Assembly: GCA_963841915.1 (NCBI GenBank)
Contig: CAWJEN010000006.1
Location: 736,001-800,000 of the forward strand
Length of the DNA: 64,000 nt
Direction of reading: 5' to 3'
Origin: an uncultured Planctomycetota bacterium
GTDB taxonomy: Bacteria > Planctomycetota > Phycisphaerae > Tepidisphaerales > Tepidisphaeraceae
Below are positions 19,361 to 29,139 of the stretch, piece by piece (the stretch's first letter is position 1; every line of letters starts with the position of its first letter). Both the position numbers and the translations under genes were made by a program. Under the pieces are notes generated by a model. It searched no databases. It saw nothing but the letters and a program-made list of their open reading frames with translations, and was not told the DNA's origin.

Positions 19361-20653
19361 ATGACGGACGAGAGTACTTCTGATCGGCAACCGGGCCGCC
19401 ACGCCGTCCTCGTCTCCTTTGGTAGTCACGGCGACCTGCATCCTTTTCTCGGTATCGGCCTCGCGTTGCTGCGACGCGGCTGGCAGGTGACGCTCATCGC
19501 TAACGCGAGGTACGAGCGGGAAACAACCGACCACGGCTTCGACTTCAAGGCCGTCGGCAGTGTCGACGACTTCAACCGCTTCACCGGCAGCCCCGACATG
19601 TGGGACAGCAAGAAGGCGGTCAAGCTCGTCTTCGGAGCCATGTCGGAACTCGCACAACCGACGCACGAGGCGTTGCAAGAGCTTGCGCCGGACGTTGTCA
19701 TCGCCAGCACGCTTGCTGCAGGGGCACGCGTGTTTCGCGAGACGCATCCGGCGGTGCCGCTCGTGACGGTTCACTTGCAACCCACAGCGTTGCGGAGCAA
19801 CATCGATCCGCCGCACCTGCCGGGGTTACCGCCGCTGCACAAGTTGCCGCTTTGGCTGAAGAAGATCCTGCTCCCACATTTCTGGAACGGGGCAGACCGG
19901 TATGTGCTGGACCCGATGGTGAAGCAGCTGGCCGACTACCGGGCGACGCTCGGGCTCGAGGCGACTACCAGCTACCTCGGCAATTGGCAGCATTCGCCCG
20001 ATCGTGTGCTGGCCATGTGGCCCGACTGGTACGCGCCACCGCCGGCCGACTGGCCGGAGCAGGCGCGGCTGCCGGGCTTTCCGCTGTATGACGAGCGGGA
20101 GACGACCAGCCTGCCGCCGGAAGTAGCAGCGTTTCTAGACGAGGGCGAGCCACCGGTCGCGTTCACGCCGGGCAGTGCGATGTTCTTCGGCGAGACGTTT
20201 TTTGCTGCCGCGGCAGACGCTTGTCAGCGGCTGGGTCGTCGCGGGTTGCTGCTGAGTCGGCACGCCGCCCATCTGCCGCGTGATCTGCCGGCGGATGTGC
20301 TTCATGTGCCGTTTGCACCGTTCTCGGCGTTGCTGCCACGGTGTTGCGCGGTGGTGCATCACGGAGGCGTCGGGACGCTGTCGCAAGGCTTGGCTGCGGG
20401 GCTGCCGCAGGTGATCATGCCGATGGCGCACGACCAGCCGGACAACGCCCGCCGCGTCCTGGAGCTCGGTGTCGGTGACGCGATTGCGCCGCGTCGGTTC
20501 ACCGGGCGTCGCGTCGCCAAGGTACTGGCCCGGCTGCTCGGTGATCCGAAGGTAGCGGACGCCTGTCGCCGTTTCGCGACGCGTGTGGCCGAGACCGACG
20601 GCCTCGCCGCTGCCGCCGACGACATCGAAGCACTGCACGTCGCGACGGCCTGA
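19361..20653 (+). CDS. Glycosyltransferase family 1 (RhlB/UGT-like)
   Basis: GSHGDLHPF, FTPGSA, HHGGVGT..AGLPQVIMPMAHDQPDNA. Confidence 0.92.
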   Translation: MTDESTSDRQPGRHAVLVSFGSHGDLHPFLGIGLALLRRGWQVTLIANARYERETTDHGFDFKAVGSVDDFNRFTGSPDMWDSKKAVKLVFGAMSELAQPTHEALQELAPDVVIASTLAAGARVFRETHPAVPLVTVHLQPTALRSNIDPPHLPGLPPLHKLPLWLKKILLPHFWNGADRYVLDPMVKQLADYRATLGLEATTSYLGNWQHSPDRVLAMWPDWYAPPPADWPEQARLPGFPLYDERETTSLPPEVAAFLDEGEPPVAFTPGSAMFFGETFFAAAADACQRLGRRGLLLSRHAAHLPRDLPADVLHVPFAPFSALLPRCCAVVHHGGVGTLSQGLAAGLPQVIMPMAHDQPDNARRVLELGVGDAIAPRRFTGRRVAKVLARLLGDPKVADACRRFATRVAETDGLAAAADDIEALHVATA

Positions 20654-20698
20654 AACCTGCACGTCCCCGGATCGGGTTCAAGGAGCTACAACATCGTC

Positions 20699-21621
20699 AT
20701 GCCTCGAATTTCATTCGGTCAACGTGGTTTTGGCGGCACAAGCCGTTCGGCGTTCGGCGGCTTTGGTCGCGGTCGCGGTGGTGGCGGATCCATGAAGATG
20801 CGCCTCATCATCGGCGTCGTCATCGCCCTCGTCTCGGTCGGCAGCTACTTCCTCACAACCAGTGAGAACCCGATCACGGGCAAGGACGAACGGGTGAACA
20901 TGTCGCTCGAGCAGGAAGTCGCCCTCGGCCTGCAGAGCGCCCCGAGATGGTGCAACAAATGGGTGGCCAAGTTCCACGCTCATCACCCAAAGCTCAGGCT
21001 GTTGAAGCGGTTGGCGAACTCCTTCTTGCAGAGAGCGGGCTTCGCCAGACACTGGCTGAGAAAGGCGTGCCTTGGGAGTTCACGTTCACGCTCATCAACG
21101 ACGATCAGACTGTTAATGCCTTCGCCTTGCCCGGCGGCCCGGTCTTCATCACGGAAGCGCTCTACGACCGTTTAGAGAATGTGGCACAGCTGGCCGGAGT
21201 CATTGGACATGAGATCGGGCACGTCGTCGAGCGACACGGAGCAGAGCGGATGTCGCAGTCACAGATGTGGCAGGGCCTAGCCGGTGCGGCAGCGGTCGGA
21301 ACGGGTGACATGTCCGCCGCTCAGGCAGCCCAAGCGGCGGGGCAGTTCATCGGCATGAAATATGGGCGCGAGCAGGAGCTCGAAAGCGACAGCTATGGCC
21401 TGAATTACCTCGTGGCGGCAGAACTTGATCCAAGTGAGATGATCCGCGTCATGGAGATCCTTCGCGACGCCAGCGGCGGCGGTAGGGGTGGCACACCCGA
21501 ATTCATGCAGACGCACCCGCATCCCGAAAGTCGCATTGATGCCATTAAGAAGTACGTCGAGACGGAAGTCGACGCCGAGACGATGCGTCGCCTGACCGAC
21601 GGCGGCCCGCTGCCGCGCTAG
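20699..21621 (+). CDS. M48 family metallopeptidase (frameshift at about 20943)
   Basis: NAFALPGG, HEIGH, YGREQELESD, THP. ORFs 20699 and 20947 join as QSAP-E-MVQQ if one base is added in the C run. Confidence 0.9.
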
Positions 21622-22901
21622 TCACGCGTCGGCTTCGAGCGCGACGAGGTCTTCGAACGTCTCCCGACGACGGATGAGTTGATGTTCGCTGCCGTCGACC
21701 ATGACCTCTGCCGCCCGCGGCCGGCCGTTGTAATTGGAGCTCATCGACAAAGCCGTACGCACCGGCGGTGTAGACGGACAGCAGGTCGCCACGTTCGGTC
21801 ACGGGTAGGAGGCGATCCTTAGCGACGAAGTCGCCGCTCTCGCAGACGGGGCCGACGACATCGACGGTTTCGCCATCGGGGATGTCGAGATCACGATCCC
21901 GCGATGCCGGGCCTTGTCCGGTGGCCGGCCAGACGAAGTGGTAAGCGCCGTACAGGCTCGGCCGGAGCAGGTCGTTCATGCCGATGTCGGTGATGACGAA
22001 CTTTTTGTTGCCGCTGGTCTTGCGATACGTGACGCGGCCGAGCAGAACGCCCGCATTGCCGGCGATGTAACGGCCGGGCTCGATGGCGACCTTGTACCCG
22101 CGGTCTTTGAGCAACGGCACGAGCGCTTCGGCAAAGGCCTCGACGGGCAAGGCCTGGTCGGGGTGCTCATAGTTGACGCCGAAGCCGCCGCCGATGTCGA
22201 ACCACTCGATTGCGTGACCGTTGCCGCGCAAACGGTCGATCGTCGCGTTGATCTTGTTGGTCGCCAGCACGTACGGCTCGACCTTGTAGATCGGCGAGCC
22301 CAGGTGCATGTGCAGCCCCGCCAGCCGCACGCCCGGCAGGTCGCGGTACTTGTCGAAGACGCTTTCGGCCCGCTCGAGATCGACGCCGAACTTGCTCTCT
22401 TTTTTCCCGGTCGTCGTGTAGGCGTGGGTGTCGGGATCGACGTCTGGATTCACCCGCAGGGCGGCGGTCGCGGTCTTGCCGGCCGCGGTCGCGACGCGGG
22501 CGAGGTTCTCGATCTCGGCCTCGCTTTCGACGTTGAACGCGGCAATGCCGGCGTCGAGGCCGTAGCGGATTTCGTCATCCGTCTTACCGACGCCTGCGAA
22601 GATGACTTTGCGTCGGATCAACGCCGGCAAGCAGCGCCTTGTACAGCTCACCGCCGCTGGTGACGTCCATGCCGCACCCCTCGGCAATGAGTGTCCGACA
22701 GACGCCGAGACTCGCGTTGCTCTTGATGCTGTAGCAAATCGTCGGCGATAGCTCTGCAAAGGCGTCGGCGACCTGCCGGTAGTGCCGTAGCAATGTCGCC
22801 TTCGAGTAGACGTAGAGCGGAGTGCCGTACTCGTCGGCCAGAGCCGACGCCGGTACGTCTTCGCAATAGAGTTCGCCGTTCTTGTGCTGAAAATGATCCA
22901 C
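21622..22901 (-). CDS. lysA: Diaminopimelate decarboxylase (two apparent frameshifts, about 22611 and 21745)
   Basis: [54 protein letters not shown], then [10 protein letters not shown] in a shifted frame. Confidence 0.95.
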
Positions 22902-22921
22902 GCGGCAGCGTAGACGAGGCG

Positions 22922-23563
22922 CTACCGCGTCAGCCGCAGGCCGACGACGCCGCCGACGTACCACTGGCTGTAGTCGTCACCGGTGCCGACGTCGAAGTCG
23001 AGGCCGGTCTGCTCGTAGCCACCTTCGACGGCGAGGATGAGCCGAGGCCCGACGCGGCCGAGTCGGACGTAGGGCCGGTAGCTGTAGCTGAAGGCGGTGT
23101 CGTCGGCCGAGACGTTGTTGCCGCTGTTGTTGACGTAGTCGGCGTTGAGTTCTCCATACGTGCCGCCACCTGCGATGCCGGGTTCCACGAACCACTTGAA
23201 GGCTGACAGCCGCACGCTCGCGCTGGCCTGCGGACTGAGCAACCAGAGATCCGCGTCGCCGCTGCTGGCGGTTTGAGCCGGCTCACCGACGCTGACGCCC
23301 GCCAGATCGCGGTCGGCGGACGTGGAGCTGAGGCCAAGGCCAAGCCGCGGCCCGTTGCCGCCTTTGCCGCGGAGCAGGCCCGGCACGACGAAGCTTCTGC
23401 TGATGTTGCCGGCAAGGCGGTAGCCGTCGGTGTCGTCGATGAACGCTCCGCCACCCTCGGCGTTGACGTTGGCGTAGCCGCCGAAGCCGTCGACTTCGTA
23501 GGCGGCACAGCCTGTCAGCGGCAGGGCGATCAGCAGCAACACGTTCAACCATCGGCGCGACAT
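22922..23563 (-). CDS. Putative outer-membrane beta-barrel protein with lipoprotein-like signal
   Basis: LTGC lipobox; G/Y/F-rich alternating strands; C-terminal WYVGGVVGLRL. Confidence 0.65.
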   Translation of the reverse strand: MSRRWLNVLLLIALPLTGCAAYEVDGFGGYANVNAEGGGAFIDDTDGYRLAGNISRSFVVPGLLRGKGGNGPRLGLGLSSTSADRDLAGVSVGEPAQTASSGDADLWLLSPQASASVRLSAFKWFVEPGIAGGGTYGELNADYVNNSGNNVSADDTAFSYSYRPYVRLGRVGPRLILAVEGGYEQTGLDFDVGTGDDYSQWYVGGVVGLRLTR

Positions 23564-23580
23564 GCCGACACGGTAAGCGA

Positions 23581-23940
23581 TCAGGCTGACTTCTGCAGCA
23601 CCGCCGCCATACCGCACTTGCTGCTGGCGATGCGAAAGTCCTGGCCGAAGCCGATGATCTGCTCGCGCTTCAGCTCGGCCAGTTCCTTATGACCCGTGAA
23701 GACGATGACGCGACCTTTCGTGTCGACTTCGCGAGCCATCCGCATGGCCTTTGGTGTCGCGTGCCCGCAGACGCGGCCCAGCATCTCGATGACGTAGGCG
23801 TATGTGTGCAGGTCGTCGTCGATGAGCACGACGTGCCACGGGTCCAGCGGCTTGCGGCCCGGCCGCTTTGGCTGCACCGTCGACTTGCCCCCATGCGCGG
23901 GCTTGGCCGGTGCCGGCTGATCCAGTGCTTTCTGGCTCAC
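23581..23940 (-). CDS. clpS: ATP-dependent Clp protease adaptor ClpS
   Basis: WHVVLIDDDLHTYAYVIEML..EVDTKGR..ELAELK. Confidence 0.9.
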   Translation of the reverse strand: MSQKALDQPAPAKPAHGGKSTVQPKRPGRKPLDPWHVVLIDDDLHTYAYVIEMLGRVCGHATPKAMRMAREVDTKGRVIVFTGHKELAELKREQIIGFGQDFRIASSKCGMAAVLQKSA

Positions 23941-23992
23941 GAACTGTCAGTATCCCATTGGCGCGGTCTGTCATGCAAGTGCCGGAATCGCT

Positions 23993-24865
23993 TTAGGCCG
24001 ACAGCACCTGCGCTAGCGCCTCGTCGCTGGTGGCGCGTGCGATGTCACTCAGGAAGATCGCCAGGCCGTCATCGGCGTTCTTGCCGATGACCTTGTCTGC
24101 AATTGCCTTTACCGGCGGCTTGGCGTTGCCCATGGCAACGCCGATGCCCGCGCCCTCGAGCAGGTGCAGATCGTTCATGTCGTCCCCGATGCCCACAACG
24201 TCTGCCGCATCGATATCGTGCAGGGCCGCGACGCGTTCGACGCCGGCCCACTTGTTCACCGACGGATCGAAGACCTCGAGCAACTCAACGCCGACATTGG
24301 CCAGGTCGATCTTGTAAGCCAGCACGCGCTCGCCGAAGGTTGCTTCGATCTGCTGTTCGACAGCGGTGACGTTGTCGGGCGGGCCGAAAGTGCCAAGCCG
24401 CATTGTGTGTTTGTGGTCGTACGCCACAAGATCCTCGACGACGAGGTGCTTCATCGCGTGTCGCTCGTGCCACTCGGCCACAAGCGGCGGCAGCGGCTGC
24501 GTGTTGATCGCATAGTCAAAGCCCGTCCCTTCGCGATCAAGCAACACGAGCGGCCTCACGTCGTTGTCCTGCATGATGCGGCACAACTCACGAGCAATGT
24601 CGACAGCCATGCCTTGGCGGTGCAGCACCTTACCGACTTGCGTGTCGACGATGAACGCGCCGCCGACGAATACCGCCTTCCCGCGATGATCGACTTGCTC
24701 GATGATGTCGTGACATTCGTGCCACGTGCGGCCGGTGGCAAAGACCACCTCGTGGCCGGCGTCGATCACCTGTCTCACCGAAGCCTTGGTCGCTGCACTG
24801 ACTTGCCCGTCGGGGCCGAGCAGCGTGCCGTCGAAGTCGATCGCGATGAGCAGGCGGCGTGGCAT
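23993..24865 (-). CDS. Cof-type HAD-IIB hydrolase
   Basis: DFDGTL, ATGR, VNKW, GDDMND, GVAMGNA. Confidence 0.93.
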   Translation of the reverse strand: MPRRLLIAIDFDGTLLGPDGQVSAATKASVRQVIDAGHEVVFATGRTWHECHDIIEQVDHRGKAVFVGGAFIVDTQVGKVLHRQGMAVDIARELCRIMQDNDVRPLVLLDREGTGFDYAINTQPLPPLVAEWHERHAMKHLVVEDLVAYDHKHTMRLGTFGPPDNVTAVEQQIEATFGERVLAYKIDLANVGVELLEVFDPSVNKWAGVERVAALHDIDAADVVGIGDDMNDLHLLEGAGIGVAMGNAKPPVKAIADKVIGKNADDGLAIFLSDIARATSDEALAQVLSA

Positions 24866-24922
24866 GGCCGCACGGTAGACGTGACAGAGGCGTCTACTGT
24901 CACCGACAAGAACACCCTCACC

Positions 24923-25552
24923 ATGATAAGCAATACCACTGCTGAGGCCTCCGACACGACTGATGCTTTGTCTCAAGCAGAGCAGATTCGCATGATGCTC
25001 GAAGAGGATCGCGGCGAACTATCGCGGCTCGAACGGGACGTTGTGCAGGCGATGCAGGACAACCGCCCGATCGCCACCAACGTCAACTCGACTGTCGGCG
25101 AGGCGATGAACTTCGGTGATCGCGTAGCCGACCGCGTCGCGGCATTTGGAGGCAGTTGGAGCTTCATCGGGCTCTTCAGTGGCATCGTCATCATCTGGAT
25201 GGCTGTGAACCTTGGGCTCTTCTTGTCCAGGCCGTTCGATCCGTATCCGTTCATCCTGCTCAACCTCGTGCTCTCGTCACTGGCCGCCCTGCAGGCACCG
25301 GTCATCATGATGAGCCAGAACCGCAAGGGCGACCGCGACCGACTCACGGCCGAGCAGAACTACCGCGTCAATCTCAAGAGCGAGCTTGAGATTCGCCTCT
25401 TGCACAGCAAGGTCGATGAAATGCTCCAGCACCACTGGGGCCGCCTGCTCAAGATTCAGCAGATCCAGATCGACATGCTCCAGTCGATGAGCGGCATGAG
25501 AAAGCGCAATGCACCTGCGCCTGATTTAGATCCGTCTGGACCTGCCGCTTGA
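24923..25552 (+). CDS. DUF1003 domain membrane protein
   Basis: GDRVADRVAAFGGSWSFI, FDPYPFILLNLVLS, QAPVIMMSQNR, NLKSELEI. Confidence 0.92.
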   Translation: MISNTTAEASDTTDALSQAEQIRMMLEEDRGELSRLERDVVQAMQDNRPIATNVNSTVGEAMNFGDRVADRVAAFGGSWSFIGLFSGIVIIWMAVNLGLFLSRPFDPYPFILLNLVLSSLAALQAPVIMMSQNRKGDRDRLTAEQNYRVNLKSELEIRLLHSKVDEMLQHHWGRLLKIQQIQIDMLQSMSGMRKRNAPAPDLDPSGPAA

Positions 25553-25569
25553 TGACAACGGTCGGCAAA

Positions 25570-26940
25570 TCAAGACGCGGCCCGCAACGTGATCGTCCAC
25601 TTCATGGCCGTGTCGGGCTTGGCGTAGGCGACGCCGAGCAGCGTGGCCGTGTCGCCGTCGAGCGTGTACTCGAACGGCTCGTTCGTAAACGGGTCCGGCG
25701 GCAGGTAGAGCTCAACGGCATCGAGCGTTGCCGGGAGCGTGCCGTGCTTGGCCGCGTGGTCGCGGAGAGCCTCGACGATGATGAGCGCGGCGTGCTTGCG
25801 GTGGAGCTTGCCATACGATTCACGCGGCCGACTCAGCGACGGCATGATGACGCTAACGAACGTCTTGCCCCACGTGCCGTTGCGCAGGTTGATCTCAAAG
25901 TCTGCCGCGGCGTACGTCGCCTCGGGCAGCGGCAGCACCGCAAACTTAGTGAGCTGCGCGAAGGCGTCGTCGTAGCTACGGGCCATGTAGTGAGCGATCG
26001 TCGGGAACTGGCCCATCGAATCGAGCTCTTTAGCCGTGAAGTAGCCATTGTTGGTAAGATACGGCCGCGCCTCGGCGAGCATCAGCATGGCCGCCGCCGT
26101 CTGCCCGGCACCGTCGGCGAGCTGCTGCACCGGCGTCGCCGCGTCCGGCTCCGGATCGACGACCGTCACTAAGCTGATCAGGCGGGCGAACGCCTCGGCG
26201 TCGAAGCGGTCAGGTTGTTGCAGGGCGGGAAAGGTCGAGTAGATGCCGAGCCGCTCGACTTCCATCTGCTGTGCGAAGTTGTCGAGCTTCGGCGCGGTCA
26301 TGAGCGGCCAATAGAGGTTCGGCACGCCATTGAAATCGTGGGCCTCGCGGAGCACGTCTTGACCCGACGCGTAGATGCCGACGCCGACTAAGCCTTCAAT
26401 CAGCACTGGCTGATCGTGCGTCGAGACGTCCTCGGCGAGCTTGAGCATCAGGCGAACGTCCTCGAGCATGGCGTCAACATCGCCATCGAGAAGATTGAGC
26501 TTGGCCGACGTCGCCAACAGGTTAGTGCTCAACCGCGCGTCGTTCAGGTGAGGCAGCAAGGTCAGGAAGCCTTGCTCGCGAAGGGGGAACTCGAAGCTGG
26601 CCCGCGTGCGAGTCGCGGCAATCTCGATAGAGCTACGAGCATCGGCAAAGGTGACTAAGGCCTGACGGACCTCCGGCGTGTCCAGCTCTGCGGCGGACTC
26701 GACCCGCATCGCTGCGTCGGGCCATTCCTCGGCATTGAGCTGGGCAAACGCGGTAAAGTAGGCCGCCGTTCCGTCGCCCGGCGTCTGCTCGACGAGCGTG
26801 AATCGCAACGCCAACGGGTCGGCCGCGTCCTTGCCCTCGGCGGCGGCGGGCGTGATGGAAAAGGTCCGATCGTCCTGACCCGACGCGGGGGCGGCGAGCA
26901 ACGCGAGAGTGAGCAGCGGGTATAGGAGTACGTGCTTCAT
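25570..26940 (-). CDS. Hypothetical secreted helical protein, third gene of the ECF module
   Basis: Signal peptide MKHVLLYPLLTLALLAAPASG; LIEGLVG; C-terminal HGTLPATL..PPDPFTNEPFEY. Confidence 0.8.
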   Translation of the reverse strand: MKHVLLYPLLTLALLAAPASGQDDRTFSITPAAAEGKDAADPLALRFTLVEQTPGDGTAAYFTAFAQLNAEEWPDAAMRVESAAELDTPEVRQALVTFADARSSIEIAATRTRASFEFPLREQGFLTLLPHLNDARLSTNLLATSAKLNLLDGDVDAMLEDVRLMLKLAEDVSTHDQPVLIEGLVGVGIYASGQDVLREAHDFNGVPNLYWPLMTAPKLDNFAQQMEVERLGIYSTFPALQQPDRFDAEAFARLISLVTVVDPEPDAATPVQQLADGAGQTAAAMLMLAEARPYLTNNGYFTAKELDSMGQFPTIAHYMARSYDDAFAQLTKFAVLPLPEATYAAADFEINLRNGTWGKTFVSVIMPSLSRPRESYGKLHRKHAALIIVEALRDHAAKHGTLPATLDAVELYLPPDPFTNEPFEYTLDGDTATLLGVAYAKPDTAMKWTITLRAAS

Positions 26941-26951
26941 GATCGTGCGGG

Positions 26952-27371
26952 TTAGCCGGCGTCGCGAGGGAAGACGCTGCGAATCCGGTAAAGCTGGGCC
27001 TGGCGATAGGAACTGCTGATTTGCGGCAGTTGGCGCAGGTCGATGCCGTCGTCGGTCAGGACGGCGTTGCGGAGTGCCAGCATCGACGTCGGCGGCAGGC
27101 GGCGAGGCGGCCCTGTACGTTGAGGCAGCGTTTCCTGGACCTCTCGCTCCGACGTCTCTTCGGCGATCTGTGTCGGCGCACGCTGGTTGATCAGCGAGAC
27201 GCCGAGCGTTCCGCACAGCAGCACCGCCGCTGCGGCACGCCAGCGCCAGACGCTGGCGTTCAGGCTTTGCCGGCCGTCAAGCTGACCAGCTTCATACGCG
27301 GCGGCGATTGCATCGGCGGCGTCCGGTCCGGCGGGGGCGGCGGCTTTGAACCTGGCTTCGAAGTCACTCAT
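26952..27371 (-). CDS. Putative single-TM anti-sigma factor
   Basis: ATGA overlap with the ECF sigma; WRWRAAAAVLL TM segment. Confidence 0.7.
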   Translation of the reverse strand: MSDFEARFKAAAPAGPDAADAIAAAYEAGQLDGRQSLNASVWRWRAAAAVLLCGTLGVSLINQRAPTQIAEETSEREVQETLPQRTGPPRRLPPTSMLALRNAVLTDDGIDLRQLPQISSSYRQAQLYRIRSVFPRDAG

Positions 27372-27847
27372 GGTGAGTCCTCTGCGAGCAGTGGCCGCAG
27401 CTTGTCGAGGCCGCGGCGGTAGGTAGCGTGGGCAGTGCTCGTCGCGACGCCGAGCAGCGTGGCGACTTCGGTGAATTTCGCGTCGCACCAAAGGTGCAGA
27501 ATGACCGCCTCACGCTCCGCCGAGTCGAGCTGCAACAGGGCGTGCTCAATCTCCGGCTGTTCCGGCGGCGTGTCGGGCATGCCGATGCGGCCGGCAATGT
27601 GCGACTCCCGGTGACGCCGCCGACGCTGGGAGCGGCGATGATCGAGCGCGGTCGAGCGAACAGCCGACAGCAGCCACGCTCGCGGCGTCTCGACGGTGCC
27701 GCCGCCGGCGAGGTGGCGTACGAGCTTGACGAAGACATCGTGTACCACGTCGTCGGCGTCGCCTGGCAAGGCGGCGGCATAACGGCGGCACGCGGCGGCG
27801 TGGTCGCGGTAGATCGTCTCGAAGATTTGTGCAGCGGCAGGGCCCAC
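27368..27847 (-). CDS. ECF RNA polymerase sigma factor
   Basis: ADDVVHDVF, RAWL..VR..ALDHRR, L..REAVILH..FTEVA.LLG. Confidence 0.92.
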   Translation of the reverse strand: MGPAAAQIFETIYRDHAAACRRYAAALPGDADDVVHDVFVKLVRHLAGGGTVETPRAWLLSAVRSTALDHRRSQRRRRHRESHIAGRIGMPDTPPEQPEIEHALLQLDSAEREAVILHLWCDAKFTEVATLLGVATSTAHATYRRGLDKLRPLLAEDSP

Positions 27848-27857
27848 ATCACCTACC

Positions 27858-27882
27858 AGACGCCGCCGATGCCGGACGATTC
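27858..27882 (-). promoter_or_regulatory. Candidate autoregulatory ECF promoter
   Basis: GAAT-N16-CGTCT on the minus strand, 10 nt before the sigma start; resembles the generic ECF AAC/CGT architecture. Confidence 0.3.
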
Positions 27883-27901
27883 GGTGGCTTGACGATTTTC
27901 T

Positions 27902-29098
27902 TCACATCGATAACGCGCGATCCAGGTCGGCGATGAGGTCGTCTGCATCTTCGATGCCGACGCTCAGCCGTACGAGCCCGTCCCCGATGCCGGCCGTGCG
28001 GCGGGCGGCTTCGCTCATGCTGACGTGGCTCATCGACCACGGGTGCTCCCAAAGACTCTCGATCCCGCCCAGACTCTCGGCCAGCAGAATCAGCTGCGCG
28101 TTCGGCATGACCTTCTCCGCCTTGGCGAGTCCACCCTTGAGGTCGAAGCTGACCATGCCGCCGAAGCCGTCCTGCTGACGCTTGGCCAACGCGTGGCCCG
28201 GGTGATCTTCAAGGCCGGGGTAGTAAACGCGACCAACTTCGGCGTGACCATTCAGGAACGTCGCGATCCTCATCGCGTTCTCGCAGTGCTGTCGGACCCG
28301 CGGCCCCAGCGTCTTGACACCGCGCAGCGTCAGCCAGGCGTCGAATGGACTTTGTGCCAGGCCCATGGCGTTGACGACGTAGCCGATGCGCTTGGCGTGT
28401 TCTTCCTTGGCGCAGACGACCGCGCCGCCGACAACGTCGCTGTGGCCATTGATGTACTTCGTCGCCGAGTGCACGACGACATCGACGCCCATTTCAATGG
28501 GCCGCATAAGCGCTGGCGACAGGAACGTGTTGTCGGCAATCGTCACGAGACTTTTGCTCTTGGCCACTTCGACGACCGCCCGCACGTCGATGATGTTCAG
28601 CAGCGGGTTGCTGGGCGTTTCGATCCAAACGCCCTTCGTGTTGCTCTTGCACGCAGCGGCAACGTTGGCGGCGTCGCTCATGTCGATGAAGCTGACCTCG
28701 ATGCCAAGGTCGGGCATGACATCGGCAAAGAGTCTGTACGTGCCGCCGTAAATGTCATGGCCGGCGATGACGTGGTCACCGTTCTTGAACAGGTGCATCG
28801 CCGCCGTTACCGCACTCATGCCCGTCGAGGTGCATCGGCAGTCGACGCCACCGTCCAGGGCGGCGAGGTTCTCTTCGAGTGCCCGCCGTGTCGGGTTGCC
28901 GCTGCGCGTGTAGTCGTACGTCGCCGGCTGGTTGAGGCCGTGCCACCCGAACGTACTGGTCGGGTAGATGGGCGTCGTCGCGCTCTTGTAGCTGTCGTCC
29001 TGATCGACGCCGGCGTGAACGCACTTGGTGGCGAATCCCTTACTCCGGTAGCTTGTTTCAGTTTCGATCGCGGGCGTCCGCTCGTTGATGGCGTGCAT
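27902..29098 (-). CDS. PLP-dependent transsulfuration enzyme (cystathionine gamma-synthase/lyase, MetB-like)
   Basis: YTRSGNPTR, IYGGTYR, ETPSNP, DNTF, HSATKYINGHSD, AESLGGIES, RLSVGIED. Confidence 0.95.
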   Translation of the reverse strand: MHAINERTPAIETETSYRSKGFATKCVHAGVDQDDSYKSATTPIYPTSTFGWHGLNQPATYDYTRSGNPTRRALEENLAALDGGVDCRCTSTGMSAVTAAMHLFKNGDHVIAGHDIYGGTYRLFADVMPDLGIEVSFIDMSDAANVAAACKSNTKGVWIETPSNPLLNIIDVRAVVEVAKSKSLVTIADNTFLSPALMRPIEMGVDVVVHSATKYINGHSDVVGGAVVCAKEEHAKRIGYVVNAMGLAQSPFDAWLTLRGVKTLGPRVRQHCENAMRIATFLNGHAEVGRVYYPGLEDHPGHALAKRQQDGFGGMVSFDLKGGLAKAEKVMPNAQLILLAESLGGIESLWEHPWSMSHVSMSEAARRTAGIGDGLVRLSVGIEDADDLIADLDRALSM

Positions 29099-29139
29099 GG
29101 GCCGCCACGATAGTCGCCGATCGGAATGTCGGCATTCGC

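Noticed and set aside
19361..20653. Rhamnolipid biosynthesis (rhlB)
   Set aside because: GT1 similarity only. No rhlA or rml genes are adjacent, so the substrate cannot be assigned.
21622..22901. Programmed frameshifting or true pseudogene status for lysA
   Set aside because: No slippery heptamer at either site, and unrelated genes in the window show similar single-base indels, which points to assembly error.
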